DNA of 64,000 bases from an uncultured Smithella sp. (GTDB taxonomy: Bacteria; Desulfobacterota; Syntrophia; Syntrophales; Smithellaceae), in contig CAYXZW010000005.1 of assembly GCA_964469905.1 (NCBI GenBank), positions 36,330 to 100,329 on the forward strand. Reading direction: 5' to 3'. The position numbers and the translations under genes were made by a program. The notes under the pieces are model-generated. The model was not told where the DNA came from, made no database searches, and was given only the letters and a program-made list of their open reading frames with translations. Within the stretch, counting starts at the first letter, position 1; each line of letters starts with the position of its first letter. Positions 26,660 through 36,796 of this stretch are shown piece by piece.

Positions 26660-27811
26660 ATGAAAAACATCCGTCTGGAAACCCTGGCCCATACAAAAAA
26701 AATCCTCATCAAAATCGGTTCGGCAGTTCTTACCGGCACGGAAGGTCTTGATCTCAAGATTGTCGATTCTTTAGTTACTGAAATGTCCGAACTGGTGCGT
26801 CGGGGATATTCGGTAGTCCTGGTAACTTCCGGGGCGATTGCTTCGGGAAAACACCGCCTGAACATCACCGGCAAACTCAAAAGCATCCCGGAAAAACAGG
26901 CTGCGGCTGCCGTCGGACAGGGACGCCTGATGCGCGTTTATTCCAAATCGTTTGAAAAAAACGGCCTTTACGTTGCCCAGATTCTTTTGACTCTTTCTGA
27001 TCTTACCGACCGGCAAAGATTCTTAAATATCCGCAATACGCTTTCCACGCTGATGGAGTGGAAAGTGATACCCGTTATCAACGAAAATGACTCTGTTGCC
27101 ATTGACGAAATCAAATTCGGCGACAACGACAACCTCGCCGCCATGATCGCCAATATCGTGGAAGCCGATCTTTTCATCAACCTGACCAACATCGCAGGAT
27201 TATACACTTGTAACCCCGCTGAATCCAAGAAAGCCAAACTTATTCCTCTGGTAGCTGAATTCACGGATGAAATCGAAGCCATAGCCACGGCGGAAACATC
27301 ATCGGTCGGCACAGGCGGCATGAAAAGCAAAGTACTGGCCGCCAAAAAAGTTACGGCTATCGGCATTCCCTGTATCATTGCTCCCGGCAAAAAGAAAAAT
27401 ATCTTAACGGATATTATTGCCGGAAAAAAAATCGGCACGCTTTTCCTGCCGATGGCCGACCGCTTAAACAGCAAAAAATACTGGATTGCGTTTACGCTGC
27501 GTTCCCAGGGCAAACTGGTTGTTGATGAAGGCGCCCGCAAAGCACTGCTGGAAAAGGGTAAAAGCCTTCTTCCTTCCGGTATTACCGCTGTCGAAGGAGA
27601 TTTTGCCGTGGGCGATCCGGTAAGCTGCGTGGATGGCAATGGAACGACAATTGCCAAGGGCCTCGTCAATTTCAGTTCGGCGGAAATAAGCAAAATAATG
27701 GGTTTAAAAACAACAAAGATCGAACAAGTCCTGGGGCATAAGGACTATGAAGAAGTAATTCACCGCGACAATCTGGCCATTACAAAAAACAATACCCGAA
27801 ATAAAATCTAA
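26660..27811 (+). CDS. proB: Glutamate 5-kinase (with PUA domain)
   Basis: 383 aa with an amino-acid-kinase fold (KIGSAVLT..., VIPVINEND, FGDNDNLAA) and a C-terminal PUA-like region. Confidence 0.93.
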   Translation: MKNIRLETLAHTKKILIKIGSAVLTGTEGLDLKIVDSLVTEMSELVRRGYSVVLVTSGAIASGKHRLNITGKLKSIPEKQAAAAVGQGRLMRVYSKSFEKNGLYVAQILLTLSDLTDRQRFLNIRNTLSTLMEWKVIPVINENDSVAIDEIKFGDNDNLAAMIANIVEADLFINLTNIAGLYTCNPAESKKAKLIPLVAEFTDEIEAIATAETSSVGTGGMKSKVLAAKKVTAIGIPCIIAPGKKKNILTDIIAGKKIGTLFLPMADRLNSKKYWIAFTLRSQGKLVVDEGARKALLEKGKSLLPSGITAVEGDFAVGDPVSCVDGNGTTIAKGLVNFSSAEISKIMGLKTTKIEQVLGHKDYEEVIHRDNLAITKNNTRNKI

Positions 27812-27854
27812 GTGCTTTTTCACCAGGCAAACATTTTTTAGTATTGAACACAGA

Positions 27855-28397
27855 CTATAAATATTTTACTGCAACACGTCCCTTTTCGTCAAAAACCACA
27901 CCTTCTTTGCCGAGCAGTTCTTTTTTCATCCGAATTCCTCCGCCAAAACCGCCCAGGGAACCATCTGATCTCACAACGCGATGACAGGGAATAACCAACG
28001 GAAAAGGATTATTGGCCAGAGCATTGCCCACGGCACGCGCTGCTCCGGGAGCGCCGATTTTCGCAGCCAGCCCGGAATAGGTATCTACCCTGCCCCTTGG
28101 TATTTTACAGGTTTGTTTTAACACCTTTCCGACAAACATATTAAGCCGGAAAATATTCAGAAAGGAGAGATCAAATTCAACTTTCTTGCCTTCATATATT
28201 TTTATAATCTGTTCGGCAATATCGTTTGATATTTTTCGTGCAGTTATCTTAATTTCCCAAAAATCTTTAGCAATTTCATCTTTTAAGTGACCTGCAGAGT
28301 TGGGCAAATAAATATATTCCACTTGCGGCTTGTTGCCGACAAACTGCCACACCAACCCGATATTTTCCTTACCAACCTTGATTATTTGATAATACAT
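27855..28397 (-). CDS. ogt: Methylated-DNA-protein-cysteine methyltransferase
   Basis: 180 aa with active site IPCHRVV and the helix-turn-helix TYSGLAAKIG. Confidence 0.88.
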   Translation of the reverse strand: MYYQIIKVGKENIGLVWQFVGNKPQVEYIYLPNSAGHLKDEIAKDFWEIKITARKISNDIAEQIIKIYEGKKVEFDLSFLNIFRLNMFVGKVLKQTCKIPRGRVDTYSGLAAKIGAPGAARAVGNALANNPFPLVIPCHRVVRSDGSLGGFGGGIRMKKELLGKEGVVFDEKGRVAVKYL

Positions 28398-28437
28398 GAC
28401 ACCCCCCCTTTCAGGCCTTCAGCCTTCAACCATCATC

Positions 28438-28992
28438 CTACATGTGCTCAAACAATATCTTCACGCCGATAGCAATCAACACCAGCCCGCCGAATATTTC
28501 CACTTTCTTCCCGAACAATTTTGCCAACCCCTTGCCGAAAATCATACCAACCGCTGTCATGCCAAAGCAGACAACACCGATAATAAACGCCGGAAACAGG
28601 ATGGGTGTTTTCAGCAAAGAAAAACTGAAACCGACAGCCAGGGCGTCAATACTGGTCGCAATGGAGAGCAGAAGCAGCGGCCAGCCGCGCGTCTGATCGG
28701 CCTTCTCCTCATTATTTTCCTTCGCTAATCCCTCCCGGATCATCTTGCCGCCAATAAAAGCCAGCAATACGAAGGCAATCCAATGATCGTAACCGGCGAT
28801 CATTTCAACTACTGTCGAACCGGCCAGCCACCCGGCAACCGGCATGGCAAACTGAAAAAGACCAAAAGCGAGGGAAAGGCGCCAGACGGGCAACCACGAT
28901 CTTTTGTAATTGGCCGCACCGATGCCGATTGCCACGGAAAAAGCATCTACACCTAACGCCACAGCCAGCAGAAAAATAGTTGCCAGACTCAT
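28438..28992 (-). CDS. mntP: Manganese efflux pump MntP family
   Basis: 184 aa, 6-TM, with duplicated GVDAFSVA / SIDALAVG motifs. It starts 8 nt after the uvrC stop. Confidence 0.85.
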   Translation of the reverse strand: MSLATIFLLAVALGVDAFSVAIGIGAANYKRSWLPVWRLSLAFGLFQFAMPVAGWLAGSTVVEMIAGYDHWIAFVLLAFIGGKMIREGLAKENNEEKADQTRGWPLLLLSIATSIDALAVGFSFSLLKTPILFPAFIIGVVCFGMTAVGMIFGKGLAKLFGKKVEIFGGLVLIAIGVKILFEHM

Positions 28993-29000
28993 TTAAATCA

Positions 29001-30848
29001 TCATGCTCCCTTTTCGTTTCTCCAATGAGAATAGATTTTTTCCGCCAGTTCCGGACCTATTCCCGGAACATTTTGTAAATCATCAAGAGATGCGTTTTGC
29101 ACCTGCTCGGCCGAACCGAAATGTTTAATTAGCATTCTTTTGCGCCGGTTGCCGATATCGGGAATGGCTTCCAGCACCGAACGCAGATCAGTTTTCTGCT
29201 TAAGTTTATGATGATAACTGACGGCAAAACGATGCGCTTCATCACGCAGGCGCTGTAGAAGAGCAAGCGCCTGCGGCCAGGATGAAAGGAAGATAGCGTC
29301 CTTGCGCCCCGGCAGATAAACGCGATCTTCCGACTTTGATACTTTCTTCCTGATGGCTCCTCTGCCGGAAATAAAAGTGCGCTCCTCTTTGGCCAGACCG
29401 ATTACATCAATCTTAATCTTTAAATCCCTGAACACGGAAAGCGCGACATTGAGCTGCCCTTTGCCGCCATCCACCACAACAAGATCCGGCATTGCTTCGG
29501 CACCGTTAAAGCGACGAATCAGCATTTCCCGCATCATACCGTAATCATCGGGCTCGTCAACAGTCTTAATGCGGAACCGCCGGTAACCTGCCTTGTCCGG
29601 CTCGCCGTCCTGAAAGACCACCAGGGAACCAACGGCGTTTTTGCCGCTGATATTGGAAATATCGTAGCACTCTATCCGCCGCGGCAGATGGGTCAGCGCC
29701 AGCTTTTCCTGAAGAAGCAAGAGCGATTCCATTTCCTGTTCTTCTTTCTTCCGGGCGGAAGTAAACAACTCGCCCGCATTGGCACAGGCCATAGCAAGCA
29801 GTGCTTTTTTTGTGCCGCGCCGGGGAACAGTCACCAGCACCTTTTTCCCTTTATTGTCGGCGAGCCATTCGGCAATGACCTTTTCATCGGGAAGATTACA
29901 CGGCAGGATAATCTCTTCCGGCAAATTGGAGCCATCGTAATATTGTTGCAGAGCCGATGAAATAACTTCTGCAACGTCGGCCCTTGTTTTTAAAAGCGCA
30001 AAAGATTTACTGCCGATGAGTTTTCCACCGCGGACAAATAAAACACAGAGCTGATAAGTATCGCCATCAGCATAAACGCCCAGAACATCCTGCTCTTGAT
30101 CTCCTCCCCAGTCCACGTTTTGCTTTTCCAGTGCATGATTCAGAGCGCCGACGCGATCGCGCAAACGCGCTGCTTCCTCATACTTCAATTCTTCGGCCGC
30201 ATCAGCCATCTGCTTTTTCAAATCGGCAATCAACTCGCGGCGGCGGCCCTGAAGAAAAGATACAGCATTATCGGCTAATTTTCTGTATGCTTCCTCCTCA
30301 ATCAACCCCCTGCAGGGAGCAAGACACCGCCCGATCTGATATTCCAGACAGGGCCTTGTACGCAATAGGAAATCGCGGTTGCGGCAGGTACGCAGAGGGA
30401 ATACCTGCAAGACAAACCGCAACGTTTCACGCGCTGCCAGTCCCGATGGATATGGCCCGAAATAGAGCGCAGCATTATTAAGCCTTTTGCGGACAAGTTG
30501 CAGGCGGGGATATTTTTCCGCAGGATCGAGAGATAAATGATAATATGTTTTATCGTCTCGTAAAATAACATTGTAGCGGGGATGATGCTTCTTAATAAGA
30601 TTGTTTTCCAAAATCAGCGCTTCTTTTCCCGTAGCGGTCGTAATAAAATCAATATCACTGACCCGTGCCATCAAAAAAGGCGCCATCGGTCGCGTATCAC
30701 GGCCTGTAAAATAAGAACTGATACGATTTTTCAGATCATTGGCTTTGCCGACATAGATAACCTTCCCCCGGTCATCGTGCATAATATAGACACCGGGGCT
30801 GCGCGGCGCAGAAGCCATTTTTTCTTTTAAGTCCTTATTTTCTGTCAT
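29001..30848 (-). CDS. uvrC: Excinuclease ABC subunit C
   Basis: 615 aa with a GIY-YIG N-terminus (GVYIMHD...VIYVGKA), a UVR domain and a C-terminal (HhH)2. Confidence 0.95.
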   Translation of the reverse strand: MTENKDLKEKMASAPRSPGVYIMHDDRGKVIYVGKANDLKNRISSYFTGRDTRPMAPFLMARVSDIDFITTATGKEALILENNLIKKHHPRYNVILRDDKTYYHLSLDPAEKYPRLQLVRKRLNNAALYFGPYPSGLAARETLRFVLQVFPLRTCRNRDFLLRTRPCLEYQIGRCLAPCRGLIEEEAYRKLADNAVSFLQGRRRELIADLKKQMADAAEELKYEEAARLRDRVGALNHALEKQNVDWGGDQEQDVLGVYADGDTYQLCVLFVRGGKLIGSKSFALLKTRADVAEVISSALQQYYDGSNLPEEIILPCNLPDEKVIAEWLADNKGKKVLVTVPRRGTKKALLAMACANAGELFTSARKKEEQEMESLLLLQEKLALTHLPRRIECYDISNISGKNAVGSLVVFQDGEPDKAGYRRFRIKTVDEPDDYGMMREMLIRRFNGAEAMPDLVVVDGGKGQLNVALSVFRDLKIKIDVIGLAKEERTFISGRGAIRKKVSKSEDRVYLPGRKDAIFLSSWPQALALLQRLRDEAHRFAVSYHHKLKQKTDLRSVLEAIPDIGNRRKRMLIKHFGSAEQVQNASLDDLQNVPGIGPELAEKIYSHWRNEKGA

Positions 30849-31089
30849 TTTTTCTCTGCGTCTTTAGAAACATTTTAGTTGCAGAATAAGATCAATAAAA
30901 AATATGCTAGTAGTAACTTAATGACGCTTTGGAATAATTATTAGCCCATATTTGTCATTTGGTTGTAAGTTGAATGGTGTCATATTTGTTTATCTTGAAT
31001 ATCTGTTCGTGTGTTTTCTAGAGTATTGACCGGAATGACGAATAATGGAGTTAAGTCATCTAAGTTAGAATCTTTTTCATTTTTTTATT

Positions 31090-31236
31090 TTATTTTGATT
31101 GTTCTCTAACCATTTTCTCCATCGGTTTTTTAATTTCAAGAATTCGCTCTGATGCTAACGACCAGACGGATTCATAATCTACACCAAAGTAGCCATGTAT
31201 GAGCTTATCCCGCATTCCGGCCAGTACTATTTTCAT
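31090..31236 (-). pseudogene. Truncated HEPN (DUF86/HepT-like) toxin remnant, 48 codons
   Basis: Below the ORF-track cutoff. It reads MKIVLAGMRDKLIHGYFGVDYESVWSLASERILEIKKPMEKMVREQSK and carries the R-x4-H HEPN motif at residues 9-14, so the ~70 N-terminal residues of a normal DUF86 are missing. Its ATG overlaps the MNT stop (ATGA). Confidence 0.6.
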
Positions 31237-31556
31237 AAATAACGGACCTCTTTCAATATTTCTTTACCTATGTGCGGTTTTAATGATTTTTGGGAAACAA
31301 GATCAACTTTTTTATCGAACATGTCGGAAAGCTTTTCTTCAAGATCAAGAAAACTAAAAAGGTCAATCGGCCTTTCAAAATCAACCAGTATGTCCACATC
31401 ACTATCGGCACGTTCTTCGCCTCGCAGATATGACCCGAAAACACCAATTTTTTTCACATGATATTCTTTTATTATTTCTGATTTGTGATTCGTAAATTTA
31501 CTTATAATGTGTTCCAGTTCTTTCATTATTCCGGCCTCATCATTAAAAAATGCCAA
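31233..31556 (-). CDS. Minimal nucleotidyltransferase (MNT/MntA-like antitoxin)
   Basis: 107 aa with GVFGSYLRGEERADSDVDILV (the G-S ... D-x-D pol-beta NTase motif). AT-rich. Confidence 0.8.
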   Translation of the reverse strand: MAFFNDEAGIMKELEHIISKFTNHKSEIIKEYHVKKIGVFGSYLRGEERADSDVDILVDFERPIDLFSFLDLEEKLSDMFDKKVDLVSQKSLKPHIGKEILKEVRYL

Positions 31557-31656
31557 GATTGCTACTGATTCAACATTCTTCTTTCCCTGTAATAATTTAC
31601 AGCAATTGTATTAAATTGTCGATTAATTATTTTGCTCCAGCCAGCGAATCGGAAGC

Positions 31657-32172
31657 TTATTCTTCCGGCGTCGCACCGCTCAGATGCTCTACAAGCTGTC
31701 CGCTGGTCCGCCGCAGACGCTGACTTATCTGACGCGAAATCTTCCAGAGCAGTGCCAATGCCAGAGGGGCTTTCTCCTTGCCGAGCCGGTTAAAATCATC
31801 CAGACTGATAAACAGAAACATGACGTCACTTGCGGCCACGGCCGTTGCTGAACGGGGCTCATCATCTATCAATGACATTTCTCCAAATGTCTGGCCTTTC
31901 CGGAGCCGCGCCAAAACGGTTTCTTTCTGCCGCAAATCATACTTTACAATGTCGATTTCGCCGTTGATGATAATACCCAGACTGTGTTCTCTCTGGCCTT
32001 CGTGAAAGAGCTCGGCCCCCTTGACCGCCCGGTAAACCTTAAAATATCCACTCAGATTAACTAACTGATTCCAGGAAAAATCCTTAGCCCACTGGGTTTC
32101 ATCCAGCAGTTCGGCAATGCGTCTTTCGGTCATGTCCAAACGTTTGAGCCCGGCTTGAATTGCTGTAATCAT
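31657..32172 (-). CDS. Cyclic-nucleotide-binding domain protein (stand-alone)
   Basis: 171 aa with FGEMSLIDDEPRSATAVA, the phosphate-binding cassette of CAP/cNMP domains. Confidence 0.8.
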   Translation of the reverse strand: MITAIQAGLKRLDMTERRIAELLDETQWAKDFSWNQLVNLSGYFKVYRAVKGAELFHEGQREHSLGIIINGEIDIVKYDLRQKETVLARLRKGQTFGEMSLIDDEPRSATAVAASDVMFLFISLDDFNRLGKEKAPLALALLWKISRQISQRLRRTSGQLVEHLSGATPEE

Positions 32173-32272
32173 TGCTCCTCCAGAGTATCGCCATCACTAT
32201 TTGCTGTGATCTTTCTTCTTTAAGGCAAAAGTATATGAAGAACAGCCTTGGGTGTCAATAGGATAGCTGAAC

Positions 32273-34267
32273 CTACCCCATCTCCAACAATATTTTATTG
32301 AGCTCTTTTATTTCATCGCGCAGTCGGGCGGCTTTTTCGAATTCCAGATCTTTGGCCGCCTGTTTCATCTCTGCTGTGAGATTTTTAATAAGTGCCGGCA
32401 AATCTTCTTCCTTTGCGGGAATGGCTCTACCATATGCATCCACCGGAATTGTAACGTAATCAGCTTCATAGATGGAGCCGAGCACATTGCTGATTGACTT
32501 TTTAATTGTTTCGGGTGTGATATTATTTTCTTCATTAAACTTAGCCTGAATGATACGGCGGCGCTTTGTTTCGTCCAGGCAGGCCTGAATGGATTTCGTG
32601 ATTTTGTCTGCATACATAATAACCTTGCCACTGACGTTACGCGCGGCGCGACCGCTTGTCTGAATCAGCGAACGCTCAGAGCGCAAGAATCCTTCTTTAT
32701 CGGCATCGAGTATAGCCACCAGCGACACTTCAGGAATATCCAGACCTTCCCGCAGCAGATTGACGCCAACCAGCACATCGAACTCTCCCAGACGCAAATC
32801 GCGGATGATACTGACACGTTCTAGTGTATGAATATCGGAGTGCAGATAGCGGACACGAATCCCCAGACCATTATAATAATCGGTTAAATTTTCCGCCATC
32901 CGCTTGGTGAGAGTGGTCACCAGCACCCGTTCCTTTTCTTTAATCCGCTGACGGATTTCTTCGAGCAGATCATCTACCTGATGTATGGCCGGTTTGATTT
33001 CTATTTCCGGGTCCATTAATCCTGTCGGACGAATAATCTGCTCCACCCGCACACCTAGCGCTTTCTCCATTTCGTAAACAGCGGGTGTTGCCGATATATA
33101 TATTCGCTGATTAGGCAGAGCTTCGTATTCTTCAAAGCGCAGCGGTCGGTTATCCATTGCGGATGGCAGGCGAAAGCCGTATTTTACCAGAGTTTCCTTA
33201 CGCGATCTGTCGCCGCGATACATTCCGCCCACCTGCGGCAATGTAGCGTGACTCTCGTCGACAATAATCAGGGCATCCTGCGGCAGATATTCCATGAGCG
33301 TCGGCGGCGGCTCGCCAGGCTTGCGGCCGGTCAGATGGCGGGAATAATTTTCGATTCCCTGGCAGTAACCCATCTCTGCCATCATTTCCAGATCAAAATT
33401 GGTGCGCTGTTCCAGGCGTTGCGCCTCCACCAGTTTATTTTGCTCTTGATATTCGGCCAGTGTAAGCGCCAGTTCCGCGCGAATATCGGCGGTTGCTCTT
33501 TTAAGATTATCGCGCGTGGTCACATAGTGGCTGCCGGGATAGACAGCAGTTTTCTGCACTGATCCTATCTTTTTACCGCGCAGCGGGTCAATAATGGTCA
33601 TGGATTCGATAGTGTCGCCGAAAAATTCCACCCGCAGTGCCTGTTCGTCTTCGTAAGGCGGAAATATTTCCACCACATCGCCGCGCACACGGAACGTGCC
33701 GCGGTGAAAATCAATATCATTGCGCTCGTACTGTATTTCCACCAGACGCTTCAAAATATCCTCACGGGGAATATCCATCCCTACTTCCAGCTGCACGATC
33801 ATGCCCAGATAAGCATCTGGGGAGCCCAAACCGTAAATACAGGAGACACTGGCGACGATAATGACATCGCGGCGGGTCAGCAGAGCATGGGTAGCCGCGT
33901 GACGCAGTTTGTCGATTTCTTCGTTGATTGCTGAATCCTTTTCAATAAAGGTATCGGTAGAGGGCAGATAGGCTTCCGGCTGGTAGTAATCGTAATAGCT
34001 GACAAAATATTCGACGGAGTTGTCGGGAAAGAGGCCTTTGAATTCTTCATACAGTTGCGCAGCCAGAGTTTTATTATGAGCAATAACTAACGCCGGCCGC
34101 TGCTCCCGCTCAATGACATTGGCAATCGTAAAGGTTTTGCCGGAACCGGTAACACCCAAGAGCACCTGATGACCTTTGCCCTCGGCAAGACCACGCGACA
34201 ATTGATCAATAGCCTGCGGCTGATCTCCTGCCGGAACAAAACCGGTTATCATTTTAAACTTTTCCAT
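32273..34267 (-). CDS. uvrB: Excinuclease ABC subunit B
   Basis: 664 aa with [12 protein letters not shown] and a C-terminal UVR domain ([13 protein letters not shown]). Confidence 0.97.
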   Translation of the reverse strand: MEKFKMITGFVPAGDQPQAIDQLSRGLAEGKGHQVLLGVTGSGKTFTIANVIEREQRPALVIAHNKTLAAQLYEEFKGLFPDNSVEYFVSYYDYYQPEAYLPSTDTFIEKDSAINEEIDKLRHAATHALLTRRDVIIVASVSCIYGLGSPDAYLGMIVQLEVGMDIPREDILKRLVEIQYERNDIDFHRGTFRVRGDVVEIFPPYEDEQALRVEFFGDTIESMTIIDPLRGKKIGSVQKTAVYPGSHYVTTRDNLKRATADIRAELALTLAEYQEQNKLVEAQRLEQRTNFDLEMMAEMGYCQGIENYSRHLTGRKPGEPPPTLMEYLPQDALIIVDESHATLPQVGGMYRGDRSRKETLVKYGFRLPSAMDNRPLRFEEYEALPNQRIYISATPAVYEMEKALGVRVEQIIRPTGLMDPEIEIKPAIHQVDDLLEEIRQRIKEKERVLVTTLTKRMAENLTDYYNGLGIRVRYLHSDIHTLERVSIIRDLRLGEFDVLVGVNLLREGLDIPEVSLVAILDADKEGFLRSERSLIQTSGRAARNVSGKVIMYADKITKSIQACLDETKRRRIIQAKFNEENNITPETIKKSISNVLGSIYEADYVTIPVDAYGRAIPAKEEDLPALIKNLTAEMKQAAKDLEFEKAARLRDEIKELNKILLEMG

Positions 34268-34362
34268 AATAAAAATTCTTTTTGTGGTAGTGGTAGCAAG
34301 CTGATTAAACGACTTGTAATGTTATCTTATAAGTAAAAACGTCACCATTATTTTTAATTCAT

Positions 34363-36522
34363 CTATCTATACAGTTTCGTATTATCGATAATATAGTAAG
34401 CTTCACCAGTTAAGATGCTATTGTATATAGCACTTAACTCCTTATCATCTACACCTGATTCTATTCGCTTCTTTATAAGAAGCCGTATATTGTCACGGCC
34501 TCCAAAAGAATCTAATACTTCTTCTTCTACTTTTGAATACCTACCTTTTACAGAATCTGTTCCTCCAGTCCTCCGCCCAATTGCTATAGCAAACTTATCT
34601 AAATCTTCGTCATTCTGAAGCAATGGTTTAACAATATCTTTACTTTTTTGAGGTTCAATACTTCTTAATAATAATAGAATAATAGAGGGTTCACTTACTT
34701 CAAAAAATGATTTTTCTGCAATAACCTTAATAACAGACTCAATCCACTGCTTTTTATATGTTTCTAATTGTGAAATATCTAGCCAACGTAATTTCTCATC
34801 AATTTGTTCCTTGCTATCATAAAAGCCATGCTGCCGTAGGCAAAAATTTAGGCCATAAGCTGCTAAGGATATAAATTCAACCTTCTTTGACATATCGAGC
34901 AAAATTTCTGACCGTTCACAAATTGACAATCTTTCCAATGTAAGCTCAGCTAGCCACCAGAGTTGCCTCACAGGACCAGATAGAAGTATATCTCTTGGTT
35001 TCTCTTGCAGATATTTGACTTCCTTTAAAGAAGCAATTTGGGCAATACATGAAATAAAATTAACTGGATTTATAGGGGGATTATATTTTATAGTTCGCAG
35101 TAATAATTCTATAAATCTTTCCAGCTTATTACTATCCAAAATATCCTTAATAATTTTATCTCTTATATCTGGATTAGATGAGAAATCAGAAATATCTGTC
35201 GAATATACCTCACCAGAAGGAAGTCCAAAAGTTAGCGCAAATTGTAAACGATCGGGTGATGCAATATGACCTCTTGTATAATGAAAATCAATATCGCTCG
35301 AACCACTATAAAATTCAGAGCCTACTAATGGAAAGAGTTTGACGATAATTTCTTTAATGTAAATACGATCCGTTTCTGAAATTGTATTCAATACTCTATC
35401 CCGCTCATTTTCATATTTCTTAATAACGTCTTTTGGTTTTGCAAGAGCAAATTCATATTGCGGTTCTCGAGCATTGTAAGCCCAAGGACAAGTTCTAATA
35501 TGCTCATAAACATTAGGTGCTTTTATTGCCAGCACTTCTAAGGCAAATACATCGGCAAAACAAACATTTTTTCTTAATGACGGCTCAATAAAACGCAATC
35601 GATTAAAAATGCGTTTCAATTCTCTTGGCGTCTTTATTAATGGTTTCACAGAAAGTTGATATATTTCTGACAATCGATTTTGATCGCCTTCAAAAAAGGA
35701 AGTGAGTTCCATATTGGCTAAACTCTGCAATTCAGAAACGGCTAACAAGTGCAAATCATTACTAGCTAGCAGAGGCAGGTGAAGACGAACTTGGATGATC
35801 TTGTCGAGATATGAATTTGAATCATCAATACCATATTTACTCAACGCCTTTTCAATATACTGTCGCTCAAAAGCTAACAAAAAAGTTGTTCGCGGAAAGT
35901 CTGTAATAGCTTTAACAGCTCTTATCATTTGGAATATTTCACTTGGTGGGAGCCTATCCAGGTCGTCTATAAAAACAACTATTGGTTTATTTATTTTATT
36001 TAATGCATTTACAACTTCTGTGCGTTTTTCATTTATATTTAAATCTTTTAGATTCCCAATTTTTTCAGTAGCTGATCCAACCCCATTTAAAACTTTTCCT
36101 ATGAGACTTGACCATGGTTCAGCTCCCGGCACCCATTTCAGGACATCAAATATTTTGGAATAAGCCAATAATTTCTTTGCAGCTTCTTGAGTAGTTTTAT
36201 TTTTACCACTTAAACCGACAGCAGAACCGAACTGGATGATAAATTCTTGAACTATATTTTCTGCGTTACCAATTATCCAAGGATTGAAAGAGAATATAAT
36301 AGGCTTTTCAGTGAGTTTTAGTGATTCGTAATATTGGTTAATGAGATTAATGACAGATGTTTTCCCGTACCCCCAAGACCCTTCCAAAGAAACTACTAAC
36401 GGACTAGAGTCAGGCCTGAGTTTTAAAGCATCACCAATTCTGTGTGCAAATAAAGTTCGATCTAATTGATCTGGACTTTCCTTAGTACCTGATATTGGAG
36501 AGTCTGTATGAAAGATAGGCAT
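34363..36522 (-). CDS. KAP-family P-loop NTPase (soluble type, long C-terminal extension)
   Basis: 719 aa. It has DQLDRTLFAHRIGDAL, then Walker A LEGSWGYGKTS and Walker B IVVFIDDLDR. No TM insert was seen. It is markedly AT-richer than the flanking genes. Confidence 0.8.
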   Translation of the reverse strand: MPIFHTDSPISGTKESPDQLDRTLFAHRIGDALKLRPDSSPLVVSLEGSWGYGKTSVINLINQYYESLKLTEKPIIFSFNPWIIGNAENIVQEFIIQFGSAVGLSGKNKTTQEAAKKLLAYSKIFDVLKWVPGAEPWSSLIGKVLNGVGSATEKIGNLKDLNINEKRTEVVNALNKINKPIVVFIDDLDRLPPSEIFQMIRAVKAITDFPRTTFLLAFERQYIEKALSKYGIDDSNSYLDKIIQVRLHLPLLASNDLHLLAVSELQSLANMELTSFFEGDQNRLSEIYQLSVKPLIKTPRELKRIFNRLRFIEPSLRKNVCFADVFALEVLAIKAPNVYEHIRTCPWAYNAREPQYEFALAKPKDVIKKYENERDRVLNTISETDRIYIKEIIVKLFPLVGSEFYSGSSDIDFHYTRGHIASPDRLQFALTFGLPSGEVYSTDISDFSSNPDIRDKIIKDILDSNKLERFIELLLRTIKYNPPINPVNFISCIAQIASLKEVKYLQEKPRDILLSGPVRQLWWLAELTLERLSICERSEILLDMSKKVEFISLAAYGLNFCLRQHGFYDSKEQIDEKLRWLDISQLETYKKQWIESVIKVIAEKSFFEVSEPSIILLLLRSIEPQKSKDIVKPLLQNDEDLDKFAIAIGRRTGGTDSVKGRYSKVEEEVLDSFGGRDNIRLLIKKRIESGVDDKELSAIYNSILTGEAYYIIDNTKLYR

Positions 36523-36670
36523 ATTTTACCTCTTCAAGAATTTAATAAATATCAGTACGGCCGATATTCAATGAGTTTATTCTCGGTGTAAGCTTAATAG
36601 CCAAATGCATCTGGCCTTAGATACTTTAATTCAGTGGTTATATCAACTCGTTTTCTTATCCACTATTTTT

Positions 36671-36796
36671 CAGGGCTATTCAAACGTGCCTAGATGCAAG
36701 GCCCCCGAACCCTGAGGAGTGAGGCGTATAGTACAATACGTCGCAACGATGAAGGGTGAGGGAAACGCCGCAGATGGGCGCGTTTCAATAGTCCTG
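36671..36796 (+). repeat. Structured intergenic repeat, copy B
   Basis: Arms are CAGGGCTATTCAAACGTGCC / GGCGCGTTTCAATAGTCCTG (17/20 complementary). The core at 36721-36745 is GAGGCGTAT-agtaca-ATACGTCGC. It abuts the helicase stop codon. Confidence 0.85.

Noticed and set aside
26968-27693. 241-aa minus-strand ORF inside proB. Similar long antisense ORFs occur at 44924-45529, 56242-56844, 11103-11639 and 50058-50486.
   Set aside because: All are antisense to well-supported genes, low-complexity, and without start context. They are treated as shadow ORFs.
28993-29000. yybP-ykoY (Mn) riboswitch expected upstream of mntP.
   Set aside because: Only 8 nt separate mntP from the uvrC stop, so there is no room for a riboswitch. 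mntP appears co-transcribed with uvrC.
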